Source of the DNA: Deferribacterales bacterium
Lineage (GTDB): Bacteria; Chrysiogenota; Deferribacteres; Deferribacterales; Geovibrionaceae
Reading direction: 5' to 3'
NCBI GenBank assembly: GCA_050251945.1
Contig: JBFWLW010000008.1
Location: forward strand, 58,538-122,537
Length of the DNA: 64,000 nucleotides
Shown: positions 28,269 through 37,460 of the stretch, one piece after another
How the letters are laid out: every line of letters starts with the position of its first letter
Numbering within the stretch: the first letter of the stretch is position 1
Position numbers and translations under genes: made by a program
Notes under the pieces: generated by a model
Databases searched by the model: none
What the model saw: the letters and a program-made list of their open reading frames with translations, nothing else
Told to the model about the DNA's origin: nothing

Positions 28269-28604
28269 TTATTTTTTGTATTTTTTATGGCAGCTTTCAC
28301 ATTTAAGCATGGGTGCGTGGTTTCCGTCCTTCGGCCATTGTTTGTGGCAATCGAAGCAGTTATCACCGCATCCTTCGGAGCTTGAGCCGAACTCAAAAAG
28401 CTTTTTATTAGTCGGAGTGTGGCATTTAATGCAGGTTGTAAGCGCAACGTGGTCTTTGCTCCCTTTCAGTTTCGGGTGGCATGTCATGCAGTCCCCTGCG
28501 CATCCGGCGTAAACCGTCAGGGCAAACAATCCCACAAATATTCCTGCACAGAATCCAAAAGCAGTTCTCCCTTTTCCGTAAGTTTTAATCTGTCCTTTTG
28601 CCAT
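28269..28604 (-). CDS. Small tetraheme cytochrome c
   Basis: Four CxxCH motifs (CMTCH, CIKCH, CFDCH, CESCH); signal-peptide-like N-terminus overlapping the end of hemW. Start codon uncertain. Confidence 0.82.
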   Translation of the reverse strand: MAKGQIKTYGKGRTAFGFCAGIFVGLFALTVYAGCAGDCMTCHPKLKGSKDHVALTTCIKCHTPTNKKLFEFGSSSEGCGDNCFDCHKQWPKDGNHAPMLKCESCHKKYKK

Positions 28605-29608
28605 GTCAGCATCCCTTCCGCGACAAGCGTTTCAATGCGCCCGTCAAATATATTCATCATATCGCCGTATCTGTATTTTAACGAAGAAACATCAACTCCG
28701 TCAAGCATCCTGAGACCGAAAACAAGTTCCTGCCCCATCGCCTCCGCACCTTCTGCCCTGTCTGTTTCTGTATACACCTCAGGCTCTGCAATATATGAGC
28801 CTATGTCGCTTACCTTGCCGTAAAGAACCCGCCCGCCGCTGAAATTTTCCAGTGACCATGCCGCACAGCCAAGCCCGTCGTAATCCTCAAGCTTCCAGTA
28901 TCCTATGTTGTGCCTGCTCTCATGCCCCGCCTTTGCAAAGTTGGATATCTCATATTTTCCGTAGCCCGAAGCCGCAAGCGTCCTCTTAACATCTATGAAA
29001 GCGCTTTCACCGCAAGGTTCGGCATCTTTCAAAAATTCCGTGTCAAAACTGTAAGAATAAGCGGAAACGTGTTCTGGTGAGAGTGAAATAATATCCGCAA
29101 GCGTCCGCATCTGCACAGAATTTTCAACTGCTGGAATGTCGAATATCATGTCCAGATTGAGCGCAGTGTCAGGACATATTTTTCGGACAAGCTCAGCCGC
29201 TTTAAAAATATCATCACGACCGTGTATCCTGCCAAGCAGTTTCAGAAGGCTTTCGTCCGTACTCTGGCACCCTACGCTCAGACGTGAAAAGCCGAAATCT
29301 TTCACAACCGACAGAAAATCTTCCGAAATACTTTCGGGATTCGCCTCTATGGTGGATTCGGCAAAGTCAGAACCGGCGGCTGAAAACAACCTTTCCAGAA
29401 AAGCGGATAAAAGAACAGGGGACACCGACGATGGCGTTCCCCCTCCGATATATAAAGTGTCGTATTTTTTCTTTTTGCGTGCCGAAAGATCCTTTAAAAC
29501 AGCATCAAAGTACCTTCCGGTCAGATGGTATGCGTCCGGCGCGGAATAGAACCCGCAGTAGCCGCATTTGCTTTTGCAGAACGGGACGTGGATGTATAAT
29601 CCGGTCAC
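28517..29608 (-). CDS. hemW: Radical SAM heme chaperone HemW (HemN-like)
   Basis: YIHVPFCKSKCGYCGF, GGGTPS, EANP, YEISNF, HN..YW. Confidence 0.9.
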   Translation of the reverse strand: MTGLYIHVPFCKSKCGYCGFYSAPDAYHLTGRYFDAVLKDLSARKKKKYDTLYIGGGTPSSVSPVLLSAFLERLFSAAGSDFAESTIEANPESISEDFLSVVKDFGFSRLSVGCQSTDESLLKLLGRIHGRDDIFKAAELVRKICPDTALNLDMIFDIPAVENSVQMRTLADIISLSPEHVSAYSYSFDTEFLKDAEPCGESAFIDVKRTLAASGYGKYEISNFAKAGHESRHNIGYWKLEDYDGLGCAAWSLENFSGGRVLYGKVSDIGSYIAEPEVYTETDRAEGAEAMGQELVFGLRMLDGVDVSSLKYRYGDMMNIFDGRIETLVAEGMLTWQKDRLKLTEKGELLLDSVQEYLWDCLP

Positions 29609-30408
29609 TTTCCGATCGCCGCCCTTATGTCTATGACAGTTTTGAGGATTTCTTTAAGCTTATCGGGTGTCACCATGTTGGGGCCGTCTGAAAGCGCTTT
29701 TTCAGGGTCTTCGTGTGTCTCGAAGAAGAAACCGTCAACGCCCACAGCAGCAGCCGCTTTCGCGAGATAAGGAACATAGCCTCTGTCTCCGCCGCTTTTA
29801 CCGCCCAGTCCGCCGGGTTTCTGAACAGAGTGGGTAACGTCCATCACAACCGGAAACCCGAACTGCGCCATGTCCACAAGGTTTCTGTAGTCAACCACAA
29901 GATTGCCGTAACCCAGCATTGTGCCGCGTTCCGTAAGCATTACCTTGTCGTTGCCGCTGTCAGTCACCTTTTTGCAGGGGTGTCCCATATCGTTTCCAGG
30001 AAGAAACTGCGCCTTTTTTATGTTCACTATCTTATCTGTCTTCGCCGCCGCAACCAGCAGGTCTGTCTGGCGGCAGAGGAACGCGGGGATCTGTAAAATA
30101 TCCGCAACTTCCGCCACAGGTGCCGCCTGATACGCCTCATGGATGTCGGTGAGGATGGGAAGCCCCGTCTCCGCCTTCACCTTCGCCAGCATCTTAAGTC
30201 CCTCTTCCATCCCGGGACCGCGGAAACTTGTGACCGAGGTTCTGTTAGCCTTGTCAAAAGATGCCTTGAATATATATTTTATTCCTAGTTCATCCGTTAT
30301 CTTCTGCACCTTGCCCGCTATGCGAAGCAGCATATCCTGATCTTCTATCACACAGGGACCCGATATCAGAAACAATCCGTTCTTTATTTCACTGTAAAGG
30401 TTTTTCAT
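29605..30408 (-). CDS. kdsA: KDO 8-phosphate synthase
   Basis: GPCVIE, KASFDKANRTS, QIPAFLCRQT, SDGPN. Confidence 0.96.
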   Translation of the reverse strand: MKNLYSEIKNGLFLISGPCVIEDQDMLLRIAGKVQKITDELGIKYIFKASFDKANRTSVTSFRGPGMEEGLKMLAKVKAETGLPILTDIHEAYQAAPVAEVADILQIPAFLCRQTDLLVAAAKTDKIVNIKKAQFLPGNDMGHPCKKVTDSGNDKVMLTERGTMLGYGNLVVDYRNLVDMAQFGFPVVMDVTHSVQKPGGLGGKSGGDRGYVPYLAKAAAAVGVDGFFFETHEDPEKALSDGPNMVTPDKLKEILKTVIDIRAAIGK

Positions 30409-30565
30409 CTTTATCCTGTTCTTTCTCTTTTTCTTTCTTAATTTTTTTGTATCGATCCTCGATACTGCAGCTTCCGCCGATGGAGCCTCAGCCCGCGCCC
30501 GGTTTCAGTCTGGCAACAAATATCACCAGAACTATGAAGACTATAAGTCCTATGAAATCTTCCAT
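30389..30565 (-). CDS. Candidate 58-aa single-TM selenoprotein with in-frame UGA at codon 26 (not in ORF track)
   Basis: AGGAG RBS; MEDFIGLIVFIVLVIFVARLKPGAG-UGA-GSIGGSCSIEDRYKKIKKEKEKEQDKDEKPLQ; downstream hairpin; readthrough product overlaps the kdsA start. Confidence 0.62.
30449..30465 (-). other. SECIS-like hairpin
   Basis: GUAUCGA-GGA-UCGAUAC, a perfect 7-bp stem whose G-starting loop begins 29 nt after the UGA at 30490-30488. Confidence 0.45.
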
Positions 30566-30573
30566 TCCGTCTC

Positions 30574-32634
30574 CTATTCCACAAACCCTTCGTAAGGTGT
30601 GCCGTCAATAGTATATCTGTAAGTTATCCTTTCGTTCTTTTCCGGTTTATAGTTTCCGTTTACGCAAAGGCTGAACTGCTCTTTCGGTTTTGTGAGCATG
30701 ATGTTCAGACTTCCGTCCTTTCTGTTCAGCAGTGTGTTATCCCTTACAATACCGATGAGCGGATAAATGTCAACGGGATTGGTGTTGAACACCCGCTTGA
30801 TAGAGCCGCTTATCTCCAGCTCGAAAGATGTAAGCCGTCCGCCCGGATATGCGAAGACACCGCTGTAGCAAATGTCCTCAACTCCGTCCTGCTGAGGTTT
30901 ATTCCTGTCGCCGGCATAGTCGCCGCCCTTTACTGCATTCGGTATAAAGGTAAACTGTTTTTCAGTGCGCGCTTTGCCCTTGTCGGAATACTCGGTTATC
31001 AGAAAATAGGGTTTCAGCGTGTCATACTGCTCTGACGAACCGGAAAACACATGAAAACCTGCGGTCTTCGCTTCCTGAACGGTTCCCAATGCAAACGGTT
31101 TTCCGTCTTTTATCATGTCATAAACCTCAAATTCAGCTTTATAAGGCTCTTCCGAAGTTACGACCTGACCGGAATAGGTTCCTCTGCCCGTTCTGACCTT
31201 CTTATCGGAGGCTTCGGCATCCATGAGGAAAACAGAGAGACTGCCCGCCTGATTTTTCGGAACGTGGGTCAGCACCAGCTTAACACCCGCCGTTGTTACC
31301 TCGTCCAGTCCGAGTTTTTTAACATCCGGCACCGCATATATGATGGCGTTGTTGTTCGCATTTGAAGAGACCACCAGCGAAGGGGTGTCTGCCTGAGTAT
31401 ATATTCCGTTGTTGTTGGATATCATAGTTCTGATGTCAGCAACATCTTTTGTTATCATGACTTTACGACTAACAGTAGAATACTTTGAAAGGTCTGATTC
31501 AAAAGTTCCGCCGCCGCCTGTTCCGCTCCATTTACCCTGCAGTTTTCCCGATTTTATCTGTCCGGTGAAAACCTGCTGACATTTGAAATCTATCCCCGTG
31601 TTGGAACAGTCAAGGGTCAGATTCAGCTGACCGTTCTTCATTATTTTGCCCGTTATGGGGTATCCGTTCGTTCCTTTCGATGTCTTAATGTATGCCGTGC
31701 CGAAATAGGTGTCCGTAACACTGTCCATTTTCCACAGCTGGGTGCGTTCCGAGCCGTCCGCATCTTTAAGAACGGTTTCCACCAGCCCGCTGGCAAATCT
31801 GCCTGACCTCGACGCCGCGTCCATATCCATGTAAAAATTCGCTGAAAGTTCTATATCTTTTATGCCGTCCAGAAGCAGAGTCTTTGAGAAACTGCCGTCC
31901 GCGGCGGTCAGAACGGAATCTCCCGTTTCAAGCACGGTGACTCTTACGTTCTGCATGGGAATTGTCCTGTTATTGAACACCTTGCCCGAAAGCTTAATGC
32001 TGGCGGGAAAATCCGTAGTGAATTCAATCCTTTTGGTCTGTGTTTCATACCCGCTGCCGGACGCCTGAAGGTGAATAGCCTTCGTCATGTACAGCTTAGG
32101 GTTGTCGGCTATGAATTTTCTGATAGCGTCGTTAACGGGGTTTGCAATGTCCATAATGGCAAATCCGTCGTCCGCCTGAATCCATACCACGAAAGTTCTG
32201 TTTATGAATACCAGATAGAAATCGGCGTCGTTTATGTTGGATGATTTCGGAAAGATGAAGAACAGCCCGCGCTCGCCGAAACGAACCATCTGCGAACGGT
32301 TTTTGGGCGCGTCGTTTGTGAGCTGTTTGAAAAGCTTTTCGGCATCGACAAAATTGTTGAAAGAGTATATTGCCACATTTGTCTTATACTGATCACGGCG
32401 GACTATATTCATGAGTTTTTCGGATTTGCCCGAATAATACGAATATGTTGCGCTGTAGGCAGTGTTATTTTTGCCCGGGGTTGAACGCACTCCGGTGCCA
32501 AGCCAAAGTTCCGAACCGCCCGGCAGATCATCCGCCTTCGGAAAAAACCCGCGGATATCGTTGTCTGTGATTCCCGCGGCAAATCCGGCCGCAGAGATAA
32601 GAAGAACTGCAAGCAGCAGCAAAAGTCGTTTCAC
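30574..32634 (-). CDS. Large exported hypothetical protein, about 686 aa
   Basis: GTG start with GGGGA RBS; signal peptide MKRLLLLLAVLLISAAGFA; beta-rich, with a possible carboxypeptidase-regulatory-like segment. Confidence 0.75.
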   Translation of the reverse strand: MKRLLLLLAVLLISAAGFAAGITDNDIRGFFPKADDLPGGSELWLGTGVRSTPGKNNTAYSATYSYYSGKSEKLMNIVRRDQYKTNVAIYSFNNFVDAEKLFKQLTNDAPKNRSQMVRFGERGLFFIFPKSSNINDADFYLVFINRTFVVWIQADDGFAIMDIANPVNDAIRKFIADNPKLYMTKAIHLQASGSGYETQTKRIEFTTDFPASIKLSGKVFNNRTIPMQNVRVTVLETGDSVLTAADGSFSKTLLLDGIKDIELSANFYMDMDAASRSGRFASGLVETVLKDADGSERTQLWKMDSVTDTYFGTAYIKTSKGTNGYPITGKIMKNGQLNLTLDCSNTGIDFKCQQVFTGQIKSGKLQGKWSGTGGGGTFESDLSKYSTVSRKVMITKDVADIRTMISNNNGIYTQADTPSLVVSSNANNNAIIYAVPDVKKLGLDEVTTAGVKLVLTHVPKNQAGSLSVFLMDAEASDKKVRTGRGTYSGQVVTSEEPYKAEFEVYDMIKDGKPFALGTVQEAKTAGFHVFSGSSEQYDTLKPYFLITEYSDKGKARTEKQFTFIPNAVKGGDYAGDRNKPQQDGVEDICYSGVFAYPGGRLTSFELEISGSIKRVFNTNPVDIYPLIGIVRDNTLLNRKDGSLNIMLTKPKEQFSLCVNGNYKPEKNERITYRYTIDGTPYEGFVE

Positions 32635-32674
32635 ACAATCCCCCGTAAAATTAAAAAAACTGTTCAATTTTAAA

Positions 32675-32752
32675 AGATCGCGTCGTCGCAAAACCCCTCG
32701 CGAAGACGCTCTTTGTCTCTGCGAGGAAGCCCTAAGGCTGACGCGGCAGTCT
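32675..32752. repeat. Pair of opposed CGTC-type REP-like units
   Basis: CCTCGCGAAGACG ... GTCTCTGCGAGG, the same family as 13871, 20145 and 43315. Confidence 0.7.
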
Positions 32753-32761
32753 AAAAAATTT

Positions 32762-32798
32762 AAAAAACAGAGGGTTCCCCGAATGAAACAGGGAACCC
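32762..32798 (-). terminator. Intrinsic terminator after the aldehyde dehydrogenase
   Basis: GGGTTCCC/GGGAACCC stem followed by a T-run on the minus strand. Confidence 0.7.
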
Positions 32799-32804
32799 GT
32801 CATA

Positions 32805-34223
32805 TTAATTCAGATTGAACATCACTGTCTTAAGTTCAGTCATTTCCTCAACCGCAAATCTGGGACCCTCTCTGCCCGTACCGGAAAGCTTCACACCTCC
32901 GTAAGGCATCTGATCCACCCTGAACGTGGGCATATCGTTTATCATAACGCCGCCCACCTCAAGCCTGTCTATGGCTTTGAAGGCGTTTTGTATATTGTCC
33001 GTAAAGATACCCGCCTGAAGTCCGAACTGGGAATCGTTCACCCGTTCGATAACCTCGTCCAGCGTCTTATATTTCATAATGCACACGACGGGTCCGAAGA
33101 CCTCCTCGCGCACAATGGTCATTTTTTCATCTGTGTTCTCAAGGACTGTCGCCTCAAGGAGAGTTCCCTTGCGGTGTCCGCCAACTGCAACAACAGCTCC
33201 CTGCGAAACCGCTTCTTTTATCCATCCTTCCGCCCGTACCGCCTCTCTCTCCTCGATCATGGGACCAACGAGGGTCTTCTCGTCCTTCGGGTCACCATTG
33301 CGGCTGGCTTTAACAGCATCAACAAACATATTGCGGAACTCGTCGTATCTGCTTTCATGGATGTATATCCTCTGAATGGAGATGCATACCTGACCGCTGT
33401 TTGCAAAAGCGCCTATGACGCATTTCGGCACGGCGTAGCGGATATCCGCATCCTCGTGAACTATCGCCGCAGAGTTTGAACCAAGCTCCAGAGTAACCTT
33501 TTTTATGCCCGCTTTCGCTTTTATGTCCAGTCCCACGGAGGGCGAACCCGTGAACGTTATCATGGCTATCTTATCGGATTCAACCATAGTGTTTCCGACA
33601 ACCGAACCTGAGCCGGCCACAAGGTTTATCCCGCAGGAGGGAAGTCCCGCTTCAAGCAGCAGTTCCGTGACCTTATGGGCTGTCAGCGGTGTTGTGGACG
33701 CAGGTTTCAGCACAATGGGGCATCCTGCCGCTATGGCAGGTCCCACTTTATGCGCAACCAGATTCAGAGGAAAATTAAAAGGTGTGATGGCGCCGATAAC
33801 GCCTATGGGATATCTTTTGAAATATCCGAAACGGTTGGTTCCGGATTCGGAAGCGTCATAGGGAACAAGCTCCCCGCTCAGTCTGCGCGCCTCGTCTGCG
33901 GCAAATTTGAAGTTTTCACCCGTTCTGCCCGCCTCGCCTCTGGCAAACATTATGCCTTTGCCCGCCTCTGCACAGAGCAGGGCGGCTATCTCTTCCTTAT
34001 CGCGTTCAATGAGAGCCGCCATGTTGTCCAAAATCTTCCCGCGTCTTGCCGCCGAAAGATGCTTCATGGTGTCTCTTGCCTCAAATGCCGCGTCTATCGC
34101 CTCTTTGGTGAGTTCTGACGATGCCGTGCAGATGGTATCCACAAGGGAACCGTCGTATGGGTTAAGAACTTCCATATATGTTCCGGTGTCAACCCACTGA
34201 CCGCCGATGAAAAGTTTTTTCAT
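32805..34223 (-). CDS. NAD(P)-dependent aldehyde dehydrogenase
   Basis: ITPFNFP, KPA, FTGS, LELG, GQVCIS, EEVFGP, PYGG.K.SG. Confidence 0.93.
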   Translation of the reverse strand: MKKLFIGGQWVDTGTYMEVLNPYDGSLVDTICTASSELTKEAIDAAFEARDTMKHLSAARRGKILDNMAALIERDKEEIAALLCAEAGKGIMFARGEAGRTGENFKFAADEARRLSGELVPYDASESGTNRFGYFKRYPIGVIGAITPFNFPLNLVAHKVGPAIAAGCPIVLKPASTTPLTAHKVTELLLEAGLPSCGINLVAGSGSVVGNTMVESDKIAMITFTGSPSVGLDIKAKAGIKKVTLELGSNSAAIVHEDADIRYAVPKCVIGAFANSGQVCISIQRIYIHESRYDEFRNMFVDAVKASRNGDPKDEKTLVGPMIEEREAVRAEGWIKEAVSQGAVVAVGGHRKGTLLEATVLENTDEKMTIVREEVFGPVVCIMKYKTLDEVIERVNDSQFGLQAGIFTDNIQNAFKAIDRLEVGGVMINDMPTFRVDQMPYGGVKLSGTGREGPRFAVEEMTELKTVMFNLN

Positions 34224-34297
34224 ATGAGCCTCCGTGAACCTATGTTTTATATATAATATTCAATATACCGCCATTAACCCACGGAGGCAAACATAAT

Positions 34298-35512
34298 CTA
34301 TTCGTGTCTGAGCGCGTCTATGGGGTCGAGCCTCGCCGCCTTAAGCGCGGGGAAATATCCGAAAATAATACCCACCGCAACAGAAAACAGGAACGAAAGC
34401 ATCACAACCCCGCCGTCAAAAACATACGGCACACTTATCACCGATGAAATTGTATACGACGCAACAATGGCTATTATGATACCTATTATACCGCCCATTG
34501 ATGAAAGAACCACCGCTTCCACAAGAAACTGAAGCAGAACCTCCCTCTCCATCGCGCCGATGGCAAGCCTGATACCTATCTCGCGCGTGCGCTCCGTAAC
34601 GGAAACCAGCATAATGTTCATGATACCTATGCCGCCCACAAGAAGGCTCACCGCGGCAACCGCACCCAACAGAGCCGTCAGCACCTTTGTAGTGCTGGTG
34701 AGCATCTGGGTGATCTCTTTCATGTCCATAACGTTGAAGTCGTTATCCTCGTTGAACGAAAGGTGCCTGCGTTCGCGCATCACGCTTTCAATATCTGTGG
34801 TCGCCCTATCGGTGGACTCGCCGTCCTTCACCGATATCTGTATCATATTTACGTCTTTGCTTCCCGTCAGCCTGCGCTGTACGGTTTTAAGGGGCATAAC
34901 GATGACATCGTCCTGATCAGTTCCCATACTGGACTGACCTTTAACGTCAATAAGCCCTATCACTTTGCAGGAGAAGGTATTTATTCTTATGGAAAGTCCC
35001 AGTGGATCCTGCGCGCCGAACAGTTCTTTGCGCACCGTCTCCCCTATTATGCAGACAGAGCGTCCGCCGGAAGTCTCAGCTTCCTCAAACATCCGCCCGC
35101 TGGTTATCGCCCTGTTCCTTATAGGAAAAAATTCGTTATCGGTTCCGGTGACAGTGGTCTGCCAGTTGGCGTTGCCATTAACGGCAGTAACTGACGATGA
35201 CGCTGTCGGGGTTACAGCGGCGACAGAGTTCACCTCGCGTTTGATGGCAATGCTGTCTTCCATGGAAAAAGCGGGAGCGGTCGATCTGTCCGGTCCGCCC
35301 ATCCTTTTTCCCGTGGTAAGAATCAGCATGTTGTTTCCCATGCTGGCTATCTGCTGTGTAACCTGTTCCGTTGTTCCGTTGCCCACTGTAACAAGTGTTA
35401 TTACGGCGGCAACACCTATAACTATGCCCAGAACCGTCAGGAATGAACGCAGAACGTTTCTGCGTATCTCCCGCAGCGCGAGCAGAATTGTATTGAAAAG
35501 CATTATTCTCAT
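34298..35512 (-). CDS. MacB-family ABC permease
   Basis: RSFLTVLGIVIG, GGIGIMNIMLVSVTERTREIG.R.A.GA. Confidence 0.92.
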   Translation of the reverse strand: MRIMLFNTILLALREIRRNVLRSFLTVLGIVIGVAAVITLVTVGNGTTEQVTQQIASMGNNMLILTTGKRMGGPDRSTAPAFSMEDSIAIKREVNSVAAVTPTASSSVTAVNGNANWQTTVTGTDNEFFPIRNRAITSGRMFEEAETSGGRSVCIIGETVRKELFGAQDPLGLSIRINTFSCKVIGLIDVKGQSSMGTDQDDVIVMPLKTVQRRLTGSKDVNMIQISVKDGESTDRATTDIESVMRERRHLSFNEDNDFNVMDMKEITQMLTSTTKVLTALLGAVAAVSLLVGGIGIMNIMLVSVTERTREIGIRLAIGAMEREVLLQFLVEAVVLSSMGGIIGIIIAIVASYTISSVISVPYVFDGGVVMLSFLFSVAVGIIFGYFPALKAARLDPIDALRHE

Positions 35513-36198
35513 GACACCACCAGCCCGTCTTTGAAATGTACGGAACGCTTTGCGTATCCAGCCATTTCAGGTTCGTGGGTGACCATTACAACTGTTATCC
35601 CTTTTTTCTGATTAAGCTGTGTCAGAAGCTCCATAATCTCGATGCTTCGGGCTGAATCAAGGTTTCCGGTTGGTTCATCGGCAAAAAGCACCGAGGGGTC
35701 TGTTACGATAGCTCTTGCTATCGCCACCCTTTGCTGCTGACCGCCGGAAAGCTCGTTCGGGTTGTGCTTCTCCCAGCCTGTCAGCCCCACAAGGTTAAGC
35801 GCTCTTTTCGCCGCCTCTTTTCTGTTGGCGGATGAAACGCCTCTGTAAAGGAGCGGAAGCTCAACGTTTTCCAGAGCATTGGTTCGGTTTAAAAGGTTAA
35901 ACCCCTGAAACACGAACCCTATGTAGTTTCTGCGCAGTCTGGCAAGCTGATCGCGCTCCAGTCCGCACACTTCCAGCCCTCCGAATTTATAAGAACCAGC
36001 CGTCGGAGTATCCAGACAGCCGAGGATGTTCATGCAGGTGGATTTTCCTGAACCGCTGGGTCCCATAACGGCAACGAAATCTCCGCTTTCTATGGTCAGG
36101 TCGATGCCGCGCAGTGCGTGCATCTCCGACTGTCCCATTCCGTAGACCTTCGTCACACCCTTAAGCTGTATCAGCGGTGTGTCTGAATTTCCCATCAC
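35509..36198 (-). CDS. MacB/LolD-type ABC ATPase
   Basis: GPSGSGKS, LSGGQQQR, ADEPTGNLD. Confidence 0.93.
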   Translation of the reverse strand: MMGNSDTPLIQLKGVTKVYGMGQSEMHALRGIDLTIESGDFVAVMGPSGSGKSTCMNILGCLDTPTAGSYKFGGLEVCGLERDQLARLRRNYIGFVFQGFNLLNRTNALENVELPLLYRGVSSANRKEAAKRALNLVGLTGWEKHNPNELSGGQQQRVAIARAIVTDPSVLFADEPTGNLDSARSIEIMELLTQLNQKKGITVVMVTHEPEMAGYAKRSVHFKDGLVVS

Positions 36199-37460
36199 TA
36201 TTCCTTCGCTGTTACAGTGCCGACAACAAGCATATCGCCGGCTTTTATATCGCCCTCTAAAAGCTCTCTGCTGCTTCCGTTAGATTCGCCTGTCTTAACC
36301 TGAACAGGCTCAGGCACACCGTTCACAAGTTTGTAAATAGTCTGCATGCCTTCCTGTTTGACAACCTTGGTCTGCTGACCTCTTCTCGGAGGTCTGGGCA
36401 TCAGCTTGCTTATGAAAGATTCTTTATTTTCGTCCATGGCAGGCGGTGCATAGCGGAACGCTTCGTTGGGAATCATTACAGCGTCCTTCTGTTCTTTGAC
36501 GATTATGTCAGCCGTTGCCGTCATCCCCGGGCGCAAAAGTAATTCTTTATTTTCAACTTGGATAACAGTGGTGTATGTGACGACGTTGTCTGTTGTCTCT
36601 GAACCGTATCTCGCCTGTATTATGTCGCCTTTGAAAACCCTGTCGGGGTACGCGTCAACAGTGAACTCCGCGCGCATACCGTCGCGCACCTGTCCTATGT
36701 CCGCCTCATCCACATCGACGTTAAGCTCCATTTCACGCAGATCCTCTGCCAGTGTAAAAAGTTCCGGCGCAGAATAGGATGCGGCGATGGTCTGACCAGC
36801 CTCGACACTTTTTGTAAGTACTATGCCGTTGACAGGAGAAACAATCTTCGCTTTTACCAGATCGGTCTGCGCTGATTTAACGTTTGCCCTTGCCTTATCG
36901 GCCTGCGCAAATGCTGACGCTGTGTCTGCAACTGCTCTGTCATATTCCGCCTGAGCGGCTTCCATGTCGGTTTTTGAAGGTGATTTGCCGCCTGTTATAT
37001 CATAAAGATTTTTAAGCCTGTTAAGCTTCGCCAGAGTTTCTTTTTCTGTCGCCTGCGACTGAAGAATGGTCGCTTCCTCAACTTTCAGCGCCGCCAGATA
37101 CTGAGTAAGCGTACTTTCCAGCTTTGTTGTGTCAAGTTCTGCAAGGAGCTGACCCTTTTGAACCACGCTGTTGTAATCCACGTACACGGCTTTTATTGTT
37201 CCCGAAAGCTCACTGCTCACTTCAACTTCGTTGGTAGGTTCAATTGTTCCCGTGGCGGATATTTTAACCGTAAAATTGCCTTTTTCCGCTTTAACAGTCT
37301 TAAACTGCGGCATTTCTCCGCGTCCGCCGCCGAAAAACCTCAGCAGCAGTAAAACGACCACAACGGCAATGACGCCTGTCCAGATGAGTTTTTTACGACT
37401 TTTGCCTTTTTTCCCGCTGCCCACGTTGGCGGCTATATCTGAAGGATTTATATTGCTCAT
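36198..37460 (-). CDS. MacA-type periplasmic adaptor
   Basis: N-terminal TM helix, lipoyl and alpha-hairpin pattern, VDEADIG, LRPGMTA. Confidence 0.92.
   Translation of the reverse strand: MSNINPSDIAANVGSGKKGKSRKKLIWTGVIAVVVVLLLLRFFGGGRGEMPQFKTVKAEKGNFTVKISATGTIEPTNEVEVSSELSGTIKAVYVDYNSVVQKGQLLAELDTTKLESTLTQYLAALKVEEATILQSQATEKETLAKLNRLKNLYDITGGKSPSKTDMEAAQAEYDRAVADTASAFAQADKARANVKSAQTDLVKAKIVSPVNGIVLTKSVEAGQTIAASYSAPELFTLAEDLREMELNVDVDEADIGQVRDGMRAEFTVDAYPDRVFKGDIIQARYGSETTDNVVTYTTVIQVENKELLLRPGMTATADIIVKEQKDAVMIPNEAFRYAPPAMDENKESFISKLMPRPPRRGQQTKVVKQEGMQTIYKLVNGVPEPVQVKTGESNGSSRELLEGDIKAGDMLVVGTVTAKE

Noticed and set aside
28261..28512. 83-aa plus-strand ORF
   Set aside because: Antisense to the four-CxxCH cytochrome; its repeats simply mirror the heme motifs.
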